64,000 nt of DNA from Amoebophrya sp. A120 (Eukaryota; Protista; Dinoflagellata): NCBI GenBank assembly GCA_905178155.1, contig CAJINV010000005.1, positions 377,319 to 441,318 of the forward strand. The letters are read 5' to 3'. The notes beneath the pieces were generated by a model, which did not search any database, was not told the DNA's origin, and saw only the letters and a list, made by a program, of their open reading frames with translations. Positions 23,829 to 35,366 of this stretch are shown in pieces. Both the position numbers and the translations under genes were made by a program. Positions within the stretch are counted from its first letter, which is position 1; every line of letters begins with the position of its first letter.

Positions 23829-25835
23829 ATGGCGCTTCCCAAGCTGTCCATCGGCGTTCCGGCGGCGTCTTTGCCGCCCATGATTTATCGCCGGCAACTC
23901 ACGCCGGCGGTGCCCGGGCAAAACAGTACCGCGGAAAGCACCTACTACGCCGGCTTCCTGTACGATTTCTTTACCGAGCTGGGAAGGCGGGCCCAGTTCG
24001 AGATCGAGTTTGTCCCGATGGGCGGAAATCCCTACGCCTCGGACTGGAACACGGTGGGAAAAGCAATGCTGCGCACCGGCCGCGTAAACTTGACCTGGAC
24101 CAACATTCCGGACGAGGGGCACGAACCCAGTTTTGCCCAGATTCCCCCCATCTTCACCAACACCGCGAGAATACTGACCCGCAAAACGGTGCGGGAGACG
24201 GGCTTCATGCAGATTTTTGCGCCCTTCTCGAACGAACTGTGGATAGCGATTTCGCTTTCAATCGTTTTTGGTGCGGTGATCATGGTGGTAATCAACGTTT
24301 TGCAGTACCAAGGGACCAATGTTCCTTCTGATAGTGCAAGAGATGGGCCTTCATCCGAGCAGGTGGACAGTCGGGGCACCAAAGCAGAAATAAAAGACCT
24401 TGGCGATGGTGGAACATCGAAAAAGCAAAGTGCAACAGGATCACCGCTGAACAATACTACGGTCGAAAATTCTGATATTGATAAACCTTTCGACAGCCCA
24501 GTGGTGTCCCAGACGGGGGACAGAAGCCCTTCCGCGGAATCGTGCCCGGTTCGCGTGCGCGTCGTAGACCAGACGGAGGAAGTATCGCTTCGACCGCCCA
24601 ACCGAAGTGCTTCACAGCTCTTCGAGCAATCCGAGGTGCTGAAACCCAGCGCAGTGGTCTCGATTGAAAGTTTGAAGGATACAGCGACCGCAACGGGCAC
24701 GAACGACGGAAGAGAAAATAAAACAGCGGCATTTTTGCTTGATGAAACGAACCTCGCCGCGAAAGATGATCCAACCCCGCCGCAAGACGACGAAGAGTCC
24801 CCGTACCGGTTCTTCGTTTTTCTTTACCACACGCTTGCCGCGATGCTGGGTGGCGACGAGTACGATTTGTACCACCTCCCGCTCTATGGGCGCATTCACC
24901 GCATCGGATTACTGTTTTTCGTGCTGATTCTGACCAACACGTACGTTGCAAACCTGGCCGCCTTCCTGACCCGCCCGAAATACGTGATTCACGGGCCGCA
25001 GACGATCGCCGACATTCAGTCCGCGAATGTGTGTTGCCGGTGGCTGGGCTCCGCCGCGAACTTTCAATACAACTACGGGTTCACGGGGAAGTTCTTGACC
25101 CCGCCCTTGAGCTACTTTTTTCAACCGGCAAGGGCCGGCGTTTCGGAGGAAGAAAACGCCGAGCGGCTGCGGACCAATGTCGACACCTGGGCGCGGGAGC
25201 AGCTGTTCGCAGGCAACTGCGATGCTATCGTGGAGATGAACGACATGGCGCAAAGCGAGAGTTTGCGGTTTTGCGACACCTTGCATCTGAACCCGGATGT
25301 GCAGTTAGGCGCGTGGTACACGACGGCCTACTACCTGGACGAGTCCAATCAAAATGAGTGGGACCGCCTGATGGCCACGGCTGCCACGGCGCAAGGGACA
25401 AACTACACCTGCAACTCGAACGAGACCGCCGCTCTGGGCTTCGAAAAGAAACGCGAGTGCTTTCCGACCCACCCATGGTTGGAATTTCCCGGCATGCTTT
25501 CGGTTTTTGTGAATAGGGAAACGAAAAAAATTCTGAATAACCAAATGTACTTTGACATGTTGCAGCGGAACATGCGGTTAGGCGAGAGCTGCGGCAACAA
25601 TGCCGACGCGGAGACCGATGACACGATCAAGCTCGCCCACCTCGCGGTTGCCTTCATTGTGTACGGCAGCTGCAGCTTCCTCGCCGTGCTGTTCACGTGG
25701 TTTGAACGATACCAACGTTCGAAACGAGGGGAAGGGACGCCCGAGCTGCAGACCGAGGTACAAAACGAGAAATTGGACAAGAAATTGAATCAGGTGCTGG
25801 AAAGAATGGAACGAATGGAAAAAAAGATCAAATAA
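23829..25835 (+). CDS. Ionotropic glutamate receptor-like ligand-gated ion channel
   Basis: S1-like GFLYDFFTEL...FEIEFV, pre-M1 IFAPFSNELWIAI, M3 gate TYVANLAAFLT (variant of SYTANLAAF), S2 region and C-terminal M4 helix. A 5' exon may be missing. Confidence 0.85.
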   Translation: MALPKLSIGVPAASLPPMIYRRQLTPAVPGQNSTAESTYYAGFLYDFFTELGRRAQFEIEFVPMGGNPYASDWNTVGKAMLRTGRVNLTWTNIPDEGHEPSFAQIPPIFTNTARILTRKTVRETGFMQIFAPFSNELWIAISLSIVFGAVIMVVINVLQYQGTNVPSDSARDGPSSEQVDSRGTKAEIKDLGDGGTSKKQSATGSPLNNTTVENSDIDKPFDSPVVSQTGDRSPSAESCPVRVRVVDQTEEVSLRPPNRSASQLFEQSEVLKPSAVVSIESLKDTATATGTNDGRENKTAAFLLDETNLAAKDDPTPPQDDEESPYRFFVFLYHTLAAMLGGDEYDLYHLPLYGRIHRIGLLFFVLILTNTYVANLAAFLTRPKYVIHGPQTIADIQSANVCCRWLGSAANFQYNYGFTGKFLTPPLSYFFQPARAGVSEEENAERLRTNVDTWAREQLFAGNCDAIVEMNDMAQSESLRFCDTLHLNPDVQLGAWYTTAYYLDESNQNEWDRLMATAATAQGTNYTCNSNETAALGFEKKRECFPTHPWLEFPGMLSVFVNRETKKILNNQMYFDMLQRNMRLGESCGNNADAETDDTIKLAHLAVAFIVYGSCSFLAVLFTWFERYQRSKRGEGTPELQTEVQNEKLDKKLNQVLERMERMEKKIK

Positions 25836-25869
25836 AGATGCATTAGAGAACATCAACATATGAGTTGCC

Positions 25870-26963
25870 ACCATTCCGTTGTCCATGATACACGAAATCA
25901 GAAGAAAAAACTAACTGAGATTTTTCCTTCGGACAATCGTTTCAAGAAAAAAGGAGATTTATTTTTTTCAGGAACCAGAATTTCGAGTCCATGACACAGA
26001 CACTACCGATAAATTTTCTCGACGATATCGATGCTTCTTCTCAACAATCATACATAAAGACATCAGATTCGGATTCGGAGACAAAAACAAAATCTACTGA
26101 AAGAGGATCTAAATAATGAATCAATCAGAATTTAGGATAAAATGCAGAATTTTTCTAAATGAATATCAAGATGTGAATCTGAAAATTGAGGAAAAAATTT
26201 CTCCATCGATCTCTGATTCTTTCCGAGATTCGAAGAAAATTTGTTGATAATTGAGAGGATGGATCGATCGATAAAATGATATCAGATTTTTGATCAGATG
26301 ATTTATCGGTTTGCAGGATATATCTGGATCGCCAGATTTTTCGATTGAAATTTTTTTTATTTTTAGGATGAATGAGGTTCGGTAATGATCATAAAGAAAG
26401 AAAATCTCGGAAAATCTTTTCTCGGGGAGAGAGAAAAAATCGAAGAAAATTTTTCAAAAATGAAAATTTATCAATTTCGGAATCAATATGATGAGAATCC
26501 GATTTCTATGAAGATTTTTTGAAAAATTTGCCGATGATTTTTATCATATGGAATTTCAAGAAATTTTTTCAAATTTAATAACGAAATTTTCCAATTAATT
26601 AAAAGAAATCCGATACATTAAATCCAAGAAATTAATCGATCGATCGATCCGATTATATATGATGTATATAGATAAAAGATATTCCAAATAATATTGAAGG
26701 ATTCCATTGGAGAGATAAGACAGAAAATTCGAGATACATGCATCGATCGAGACAGATATTTTTTTCTCTTTCCTTCATAAAAAATTCATATGATCGATAT
26801 CAGATCGAATCCATCTGAAGGATAAATATCGATATATTTTTTTTCATTTTTCAAATCAGATATCCCCATCGTTTTCATCAATGAGAATGCCATATGAAAT
26901 GAGAACAATCTCGATTAAAAAAATTGATTGACACCTCATATTCAAAATTTGAAGGAATTTATT
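25870..26963. other. AT-rich, GAT/ATC-enriched non-coding tract in the strand-switch gap
   Basis: Essentially no ORF of 60 aa or more in any frame; abrupt composition change with frequent GATC and ATCGAT. Confidence 0.6.
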
Positions 26964-28978
26964 CGGGACGGCAGTGACCTGCTGCTCTATGAAACACTAC
27001 GGGACGCCCTGGAGAAAGTAGGACCCGCGGGACACCTGTCGCTGGTGTTCACAAAGTCGCACAGGAAGGTCGTGGATGGCAACGAGGTCGCGGACAAGCT
27101 CGCGACCATGGCCAGGGAGCAAACCGACTACACCGAAGTCGGTGCGAGGGTCACGCACAGACAAGCCAAGCCAGCGGGAGGTCGCGAGGTCCCTGCGGCA
27201 GCAAAAAAAGAAGGAGCTGCAGGACAAGGGAAAACAGACAGGAGGGTCCAAGACCTGCACGACACTCCGCCAGGTGTGCAGCCAGCCCGGTCGACAGCGT
27301 GGCACACGCGACGAGGGCGGACGAAGTCGCCTACAACGCGGCAAGGATGGGCCTGCTGGTTTCGGACATAACCGGTAGAGACTACGCCTGCCCGTTTTGT
27401 CAAGGGCGGACACAAAACCCACCGGCAGCAACGACGGCGCACTTGGTACAGGAGTGCCCGGCCCTGCAACACCTCCGGGCGGTAGACCCGTCCAACCCGG
27501 GCGAATTCCGGTCCGCGGCGCTGCAGGAGGACCCGTTTTGGGGCATCGAGTTCATCAGGCTGTTGCGGCGCGCGCTACAGCCGGGTGGGGAGCTCGATGA
27601 CGATGCAGACTGGGACAGCGACACCACCGAGGACGAGACGCAGCAATACAACACCGGGGCCGAACTTTTCAGCGCAAACAAAGCGCCACCAGGACTCCGC
27701 CCACCGCTTCCTCCCCCCCAAACATACTACCGCGGGCGCGGGGCGTCGGAGGGGGCGTGGGGGGGTCCTGACCGGTATTCTAATTGTTTTGGCTACGTTT
27801 CCTTGGGCTCCGGCGCATTGACTTCCGCTCCGTTTTCAAATGAGATTGCATTCCCACACCCAAAGTTAAAGTTTCCTGCTTGCGCCTCTCAACATCACCT
27901 CGCACAGGAGCCGGCAACCACCGCTGGAGTTTCACCGTACTGGCACCGCGACCCTCGACTTGCACCGGCTTCCACCTCACCTAGCCTGTCGCTACAAGTC
28001 GATCCGCGCGACGTAGTGCCCCCGCCCCTCAACACGCACTACCTGAGCAGGCCACATTCATTCCAAACACAGCAGAGCGGTCCACGTCCGCATGCAGACC
28101 CAGAGCACCTACGCGAGAAACCGACACGGGCACCCCGGGACGGGGGGTGCCCGAACAGGTATATAAATGAATATAGATTTTGTCGATCCTTTGGTGCTCA
28201 TGGAATGCCTCCACACTCTGCTGCTCCCGTCGCTGCTCCCCCCTCAACATCCACCCAGGTGCACCCATCCGGCCCCGGGCGCAGCCACAACAGCCAGTGC
28301 GACGGCTCTTCGACACGGACTTGGTGGCCGCGCGCATCGAGGATTGCGAGCACTTGCGGCTGGCACCCCGGCGACATCCCAATGCGGGTGCCCCAGGGCG
28401 GGGGGCACCCCAACAGGTATAGTTCTACTCTTTATGCCTGTGGCGGTGCATGGCATGGAATGCAACAATATCATGCTGGTCCCGGTGCTCGTCCTCCTCA
28501 TAATTCCCAGGTCAACCGGCACTGCACGACCAGCGGACGGACCTGGTGGCTTTGGGACGACCGAGACGGCGACCAGGCAGGGCGACAAGATGGAATTAAG
28601 GAAGCGACAATCCCCATCCAGGCCTGGCGATACCACGACGACTTCTACGCGCGGGGCATTGCTGCCGACTGCCGATGGCCGGAGATCCGAAATAACCGAT
28701 TGCGCGCGATAGCGGGGCAAAGCGGTCTACACCTACGCGATCAGGGGGCGGGGGCTCCCGGGCGCGGGGGCTCCCAGAACAGGTATAATTCCATTTCGCA
28801 TGGCTGTGGTTCTTTTTGGAATGCCGAAGTCCACCACCCTCATGCTGGCGCGTTTGCTTCCCTCCCCCACAACACCCAGGTCCATTCCAACCACACGACG
28901 GGACCTAAGTCCGGACGATGGAAGACCGGACACTGGAACACGACCAGGGAACCTTACCAGGAGGCGACGTGGCGCTGA
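26964..28978 (+). mobile_element. 5'-truncated, frameshifted LINE remnant (RNase H C-terminus + CCHC knuckle + repetitive tail)
   Basis: LSLVFTKSHRKVVDGNEVADKLA matches the RNase H C-terminal motif and CPFCQGRTQNPPAATTAHLVQECP the knuckle. Pieces lie in different frames (shifts near 27170 and 27295). Sharp GC rise at about 26964. Confidence 0.75.
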
Positions 28979-30053
28979 CCGAGCAAAAAACGGAAACGAT
29001 ACGAAGAGATTATTGATCGGAGAAAAGAGAAATAGATGTTGATCCAGGAGCTAGCATTTTGCTGGCTCCAGCTGCTTTTAATCGGAAAATATGTCTTGAA
29101 ATCTAGATCCTTATTTTCGGTTGCAGGTGAAATTGAAGAACAGGAAGATGAAAATCAGAAAAAAATAATCTTGAAATCTAGATTTATTTTTGACAAGAAC
29201 TACGACTGCAGGAGCTACGAATTATATTTTTTCAATTTTCTTATTCTGAAATTGTTGTTGTATTTGACCTTAAATCCAGATTGTCATTCTACGAACTTGT
29301 TGTTGGCTTTTCCATTATTATTTTCAGAATTAGATCTTTACTAAGCTTTTCAAATTGAGTCGGTTCTGACAGGAAAGATCACCAGAGGAAAAAATTGGGA
29401 TTGCAACGGAACTTCTAGGGCCTTGAACATTTGACGCCATGCCCGGGCATGGAAAGAAAGAAAGAAAGAAAGAAGGAATTTATCAAATGGAAATCTTTCG
29501 ATTCATCATGATTTTGATTGATATCTCTTTTTCCGGTTTCTCGATGGTATCGAATGTCTAGTGTGAAGGAATAGAAGGGTGTTTTTTTATGTCGAGGATG
29601 GTTTGTGTTCGTGCGTAACTTTTCTTTTTCATTGTTTCGACTTTCGGTTCGCAAACTATTTCCATTCATCGTCAACAAAGATCTAGGGCATGAGTATCTC
29701 ACCATGTGGATGATTCCTCTTTCATCTCCCACATGTGGCGGGGCAAAAATTTCTCGTTGTGTTACGTTAATCAATCTTTTCTGTATGTAAGTAGAAACAT
29801 AGGTTGTAGATCAATACATAGTCTAAATTGAAGGCAGGCACCAAAACGAACCAAAAATGCACTTGAAGGAATCTTCAGGGTGTTTGTTCATTTCTGAAAA
29901 ACGATGTCAATTCACATCGGGAAAGAACCTTGCTTGTGGTGCATTTTTTCATTGCAAGAACGCAGCAAAAATTTGCCCGCACATTGTTCATTTGCTACAC
30001 AGTACTACACGGCTTCTTCTGTTACAAAAAAGTACCTCCAGCTACGCAACAAC

Positions 30054-33000
30054 TCATTGCAACTGCATCTGCCCGCCATGCTGTTGTTGGTTGCTCATGA
30101 CGCCTCTGCGATTCGGGATGAAAGGAGCTCTGTTTCGCGCTGCCAGTACAGCAGCAGCCCTCCTCTCCTTTTTCCGTTGCTGTTTTTGTTCGAATTGTTA
30201 TTACATCAATGAGAACTACCTCGCACGACAATGCCGGTATGGACTATGCAGAGAGAAGACGACGTAGACGAAGAAATTGTCAAAATTGGCCGATGAGATG
30301 AGCCTGATCATAGAAAACGCAGAAGAAAAAAATGAAAGTCACGTTGCTCTGTCATTACATTACCTTTTTCTCTCCAGGTGGGCACAGGTGGCAAAAAGGA
30401 CAGTCGTCCCCGTTACTGCATTCCGCGCCTTGTTTGAAAAAAAACGCGCAGGGCTTGCACATCCGATTGGCGTGGAGTTCCGATTCGAGGTTGAGGCTTC
30501 TCCGTCCTTGTTGCGGCTGCACTCCCGCAGCGGAAGAAGCAATATGAGCCGCTTGATGCTGTTTTGCGTTGGTTTGCAGTTCCGCTTCCTCAGACGTATC
30601 TTCCTCGTAGCTGGTCGGCTCTTCCTCGTCGACCTCCATGTAGTCGTTCTTGCTCTGGGTGTGAGACGGCGCCTCTATTTCCGCGCTTGTGCCTTGATGT
30701 TCCTCGTTTATTTTCGTCTTCATCCCCTTTATTCGACGTTCCATCGCATTCCTCCGCCCCTCTTCGGTCAGGTAGTCGCCCTCCATCGGCGACACCACTC
30801 CCTGCGGCGACTCGTTTGGCGGCAGCGGTTTTTCAGGCGACAGGATTGCCGGGCCGGATTCTGGCGGTGGATCGACCACGGTCAGAAAGTGGCCCTGCTG
30901 TTCCAGTCTTCGATCAATTTCCGCCTTGTTTTCGTTCGCACTCGCACCCTTCGGGAAGACGGGCCTATTTGTTTTCTTCATCAGCCGGTTGGTGAAAACG
31001 GGGCGGTTATTCGGTTGATAGTGATATTGGAAATTATGCAGAACGCTGTACCTCCCGTCGTGTGCTGGCCCACGACCTTCTTGGTCGGGCCGAGGCTGCT
31101 GTTCCTGCAAAAAGCGGTTGTGACAATCGTGCATAGCGAGCGCAGCGTCGGTCAAAGGCATCATGGGGGCGTGACTGTTGTCCACTGTGTCAGTGCTGTA
31201 GGGTGCCGGCACGACCTGGTCCGCAAAGCCGGCGTACAGATAATTCGGATTGGTGTCGTGCTGCTGCCAGTACTCCGCTGTGCAGGAGATTGGGTCTGCG
31301 AAGAGCTGCCCTCCGTAGGACGGATCTGTTGGATCAAAAGTGTGATGTTGCTCTTGGTGCTGTTGCCGCATGTCGTATAGCTGCTGCACCGTCGTGAGGG
31401 CGGGGACGCTGTTTGCGTTGTCTGCAGCAAGAGTGCCGTTTTGTACCGGGCCTGCCGCGCCATTCCCGACAAATATGCCCGGCGGAGGTGGAACTCTGTC
31501 CACTGGGGCAGCGCCAGGGGCTCCAGCACTACTCTCCACGCCGTACATTTGTTGCATGTCGCTCAAATCCGCTTGCAAAGCTCGCCCACCGCTCGCTCCC
31601 GCCGCCGTGGGCCAGGCGGAAAAAGGGAAATCGCCCGACATTGCGAGATATCAAATGTAAAAATGTCTGGGTCTGGAAGAGTCATGCTGTTTTTGCATGA
31701 CACAGAAGGTCTGGCATGGAAGCTCTAGCATCACAGGTTTATAGAGCCTTCCGCAATGCCGAATCCGCATGACAAGTCCCCTATTTTGCTGACAAAAAGT
31801 GGGAGCTTTTGCTACGTATGCATGAGAGACTTTTCTGTGTTCTGAAATACGCATTACAAGTTGCATTCTTCCAGACCCAGACACTTTTACATTTGATACG
31901 AGATTCTGCCCGGCGAGCTGCTTCGCCGCAGTCAGGTTCGTTTCCCGGATCGCTTCGGGAGCGAAGGGCAAACTGGTGAAGTCCAGCATCCCTTCATCGT
32001 TCATTGCGATAATACCGGGTTCGAAGTCGATGCAAGCGGAACTCCAGGTCGGGTCAAAGGGCACAGCGTCAGCAGACAGCTGGGTCGTACTTGTCGGTGG
32101 TTTATTGCCTGTAGTGACAAGTTCTCTCATCGAAGCGTTCTGGTTCGTAGCGGGTAGATGCGCAAATGTCGGTCTGCACTCCCGCACCTGCAATTGTGAC
32201 GGGTTATCGATGGAGGTAGGATAGTTTAAGTTTTCCGCGTCCGTCGTGCTCATGGTGGTTGTGCCAAAAATGGAAGAAGAAGTGGCACCACCTCCCGGTT
32301 GGTCGTGCTCCGCGGATTTATTTTCAGGCACCGGAATTTTTGCGGGCGGCGAATTGTCGTCCGTGTGGTCCTTGTCTTCTAGCAGCACTTTACTCGCGGA
32401 ACTGTTCGCACCTTCGGCTACTTTCTCATCTACAATCCCTGGCTGGTGCAAAAATTTACTCAACTCCAGGATTTTCCGCGGCAGTGCGGGTCCTCTGCTT
32501 GCAGCGCCTTGCTGGTTGTCGTCCTCTCTCTTCATGGCGTCTTCATCTTCCGCTTTTTCCGATGGTGTCGGGGAAAAAGCCACCGCCTTCGGGGACCAGG
32601 TCGGCGCGGGGGGCTGCCCGGGCTGAGTGTTGGTGTGCCAAAAAGATGGACTTGTGTTTGGCGGGGCTGGGAAGAAAGCAGCAGCTCCTCCTGCACTCGT
32701 ATTCGGGTCGTAGTACTCGAAGCCAAGCGGTAGGGACAGCATTTGGTCGAAGGGCGACCGAGATCCGGCTTCCACCACGGTCGGATTGCATTGACTTCTC
32801 GTCGGCGAAGGGGAGGCCGATGACGCGAGACAGGGGTCGACCCGCTGCTCTTCATCTTGCGATTTGACCAGCTTATTTTCGGTCTGCCTTAGAGAGTTGA
32901 GAGTCGCCGCACCAGAGGTGGTTTTCGTTTTCTGAATCTTGTTCATAACCTTGCCTTTCCTCTTACTTGGGCTTTTCTCTGCCTCAGCAGCAGCGTTTCG

Positions 33001-33537
33001 TGCAGCACTTGCACTTCCACCAGGGACGATGATCCCTTTGCCGAGCAGCCCGAGGCGTTTCAAAGCGTTGTCGCCCTGCAGTCGCAGCTCGTGTCGCTTG
33101 AAGGAACCAGGAGCGATGACGTTCGACTGGTCCTGTTGGTTCTCCATGTTAGCCAGCCCGAAGTCGTCCGACGCCGTTGCGGAGGCTGAGGCCGAAGCTG
33201 CAAGGAGGTCCGCTGATTGGGATGGTTGGAAAGGTGGCGGAGGTGCAGCAGGGCTATCTTGCCAAAAATACACATACTGCTGTTTGGCAGGAGGAGGTGA
33301 AGCCGCCGGTTCATCTGGTACCGCAGCGTCTTTGCTCTCCGAAGCTTCAGCTTTCTGCTCGGCAACACTTTGCGGATGTGGATCAGTGGTGAGTGCAATT
33401 TCCGCGTCTTCAGCTGGTTCTTCTGCTGCCGCGGACGACGACTTTTTGACCCAAACACCAGAGACACACACGAGCGGAACGAAAAATGAGAGCAAAAAAA
33501 GTGCGTTTCTTGCCGGGCGGACAACAAGCAGCGTCAT
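30054..33537 (-). CDS. C3H1 zinc-finger protein, ~1014 aa; exons 33537-31899, 31643-30364, 30179-30054
   Basis: C-terminal HANRMCKPCAFFFKQGAECSNGDDCPFCHLCPPGEKK|QRKK. Introner removal joins GQNL to AMSGDF. GT-AG intron 30180-30363. 5' end uncertain. Confidence 0.7.
31649..31898. mobile_element. Introner E5 (TIR family A), 250 bp
   Basis: TIR TATCAAATGTAAAA(A/G)TGTCTGGGTCTGGAAGA, 31/32 match. CGAGA direct repeat at 31644-31648 and 31899-31903. Confidence 0.95.
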
Positions 33538-34424
33538 CTTGGCTTATTTTAGCAAAAAGTGTAAATGAATTGCTTTACATTGAAGATGAAGGATCAGAAT
33601 TCAAAATTTAGTTTTCTATGTCACTCTCCACCGCGCACTAAAGTGTGGTATTTGTGAGTCGTATCAATTTCAAAAAGGGGCCAAAATAAGTTGACGAGTG
33701 GGCCGTAACTGGCGCTAGTAGTACTTGATGGAGCAAAGTGAGAGTTGTACTTTCAGTTCCTGTCGTAATCCATGGAAAAGTAGACGTAGAGGGCTCCCAC
33801 TTGAACTTACGTACTTCTCGAGAAGAGCAGCACTTCTTCACGGGTACTAGTAGCGAACATCGTAGACGCGCATTATCGCTGCTGCTGCTTCGCATTTTTC
33901 GTAATGTGTATTTCATTCATCTCTGAGCGTTGCAAAGTTGCTTGTCGTATACATAGAAAGTAAGTACACAAAAAAGAACTCTGATGTGTACCGGAGAAGG
34001 AGATCGCGGCTTGACTCAATTATTACATGCCACGAGGCAAGTTGATTTTTCGCTTTTGTCAACTTTCTTGCACAAACCTTCGAAGTGGATGGAAGCTTCG
34101 AAGTAGGTTTTTTCACATCTTCTTCTGGTGTGTCTTGCCCACGTCTACGACCAGGTCATCGTCCGACTCGATTCCAGACGAGGCTGTTGGTTTTTCGACC
34201 TCCGGAGCAGCCCCAGCTCCTTTGCGCTTTTTTCCGCTGCCTTGTGCAGCATTGAAGGTCGGGGCGTCCAGCTGAAAATCCGCTTTGGTGGCATTTTCGT
34301 CGTCCCGGCGCTGGCGTTGCTCGTGCAGATGATCCAATATGATGCCGAGCCTTTTCCGACTGGCCGCATCAACTGCGAGTTTTCCCGTTCGATGCGGTCC
34401 CAGAGACATTGTGAGGTCTCTAGA

Positions 34425-34850
34425 TCAGCCTCTCAAAACTCCAAAAGTCTGCGCGACGCGCAAACGGGGAACGGCTTTGCTTTTGCAGGTAGAGTTTTTC
34501 CGTTGGTCGTAAGAGATACCGACAGGCAACTCAACTTTGGCATTGCCGCAATGAATGAACGCACGCGCGCCGTCGCGTGTTTTTGGCTTAAAGCGGGTCT
34601 CGTGCTTGAGATGCAGCAGCCGCGTTTCCAGAGATTTGCTTCCGTCGGCCCACATTAGCGTGTAGCGATAATGCGACGGCTTCCTACGTTTCCTGACAGG
34701 CTTTACTCGCTCCGAGACTGCTGTGAGCATGGCTGTATACCACCCATCTGTTCCATCGACATGCGGCCACTTCACCCGGATTAAGGTCCCTGCGCGGTAC
34801 GCGGCCTCGGGGTCGGCGACCGTTTTTTCGTAGCGCTTGACGACGACCAT
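34425..34850 (-). CDS. Possible Tudor/SH3-like barrel protein exon; may continue into 34113-34409
   Basis: GTLIRVKWP...GWYTAML...YTLMWADG fits the Tudor-like aromatic pattern; splice structure unresolved. Confidence 0.4.
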   Translation of the reverse strand: MVVVKRYEKTVADPEAAYRAGTLIRVKWPHVDGTDGWYTAMLTAVSERVKPVRKRRKPSHYRYTLMWADGSKSLETRLLHLKHETRFKPKTRDGARAFIHCGNAKVELPVGISYDQRKNSTCKSKAVPRLRVAQTFGVLRG

Positions 34851-35366
34851 GATGATGATGATGGTGCTACTGAGTAAAGGGCTGAAATAGTGGGATTATC
34901 TCGTGCAGATGGAAATGAGGGACTAAAAAATAAACAGAAAAAAAGACCAGAGAGACGCAATGCAGCGATCGAAGGGGGCCTAAAGGCTCGCTAACGCGTT
35001 CATATGGAAATGACTTTTGTCGCTTCGGGGTTCGCTTGTCGATCAAAAAACCACACTGACTTATGGTGCCCATTCCATTTCACTGGAGGTGCTAGAATTC
35101 CGAGGGTATCTCAACAAGGACTAAGTTGTACTTTGCAGCACGAATTCAAAGACAGAAGACGAGGATCACGTTCGGAATCAATCGGTGAAGCGTTACCAGT
35201 CTTATCTTTTTTCTGCATTTCTTTTTTTTCAGATTCAGTGTGCGAAACATAGATAGAAACAAGAAAGTTTGTGCATTCGAAAGACAGCACATCTGATCAT
35301 TTACATTGTATTTTGTCTGGCCGACGGCACGACTGGTGATTCACCACCTTTGCTGTATAGAAGCCT

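Noticed and set aside
29451-29476. (GAAA)n microsatellite
   Set aside because: Ordinary short simple repeat.
30277-31380. Long antisense ORFs (e.g. 30277-31380 +, 35388-36299 +) and the off-frame ORF 43374-44381 -
   Set aside because: Shadows of better-supported genes in GC-rich coding DNA.
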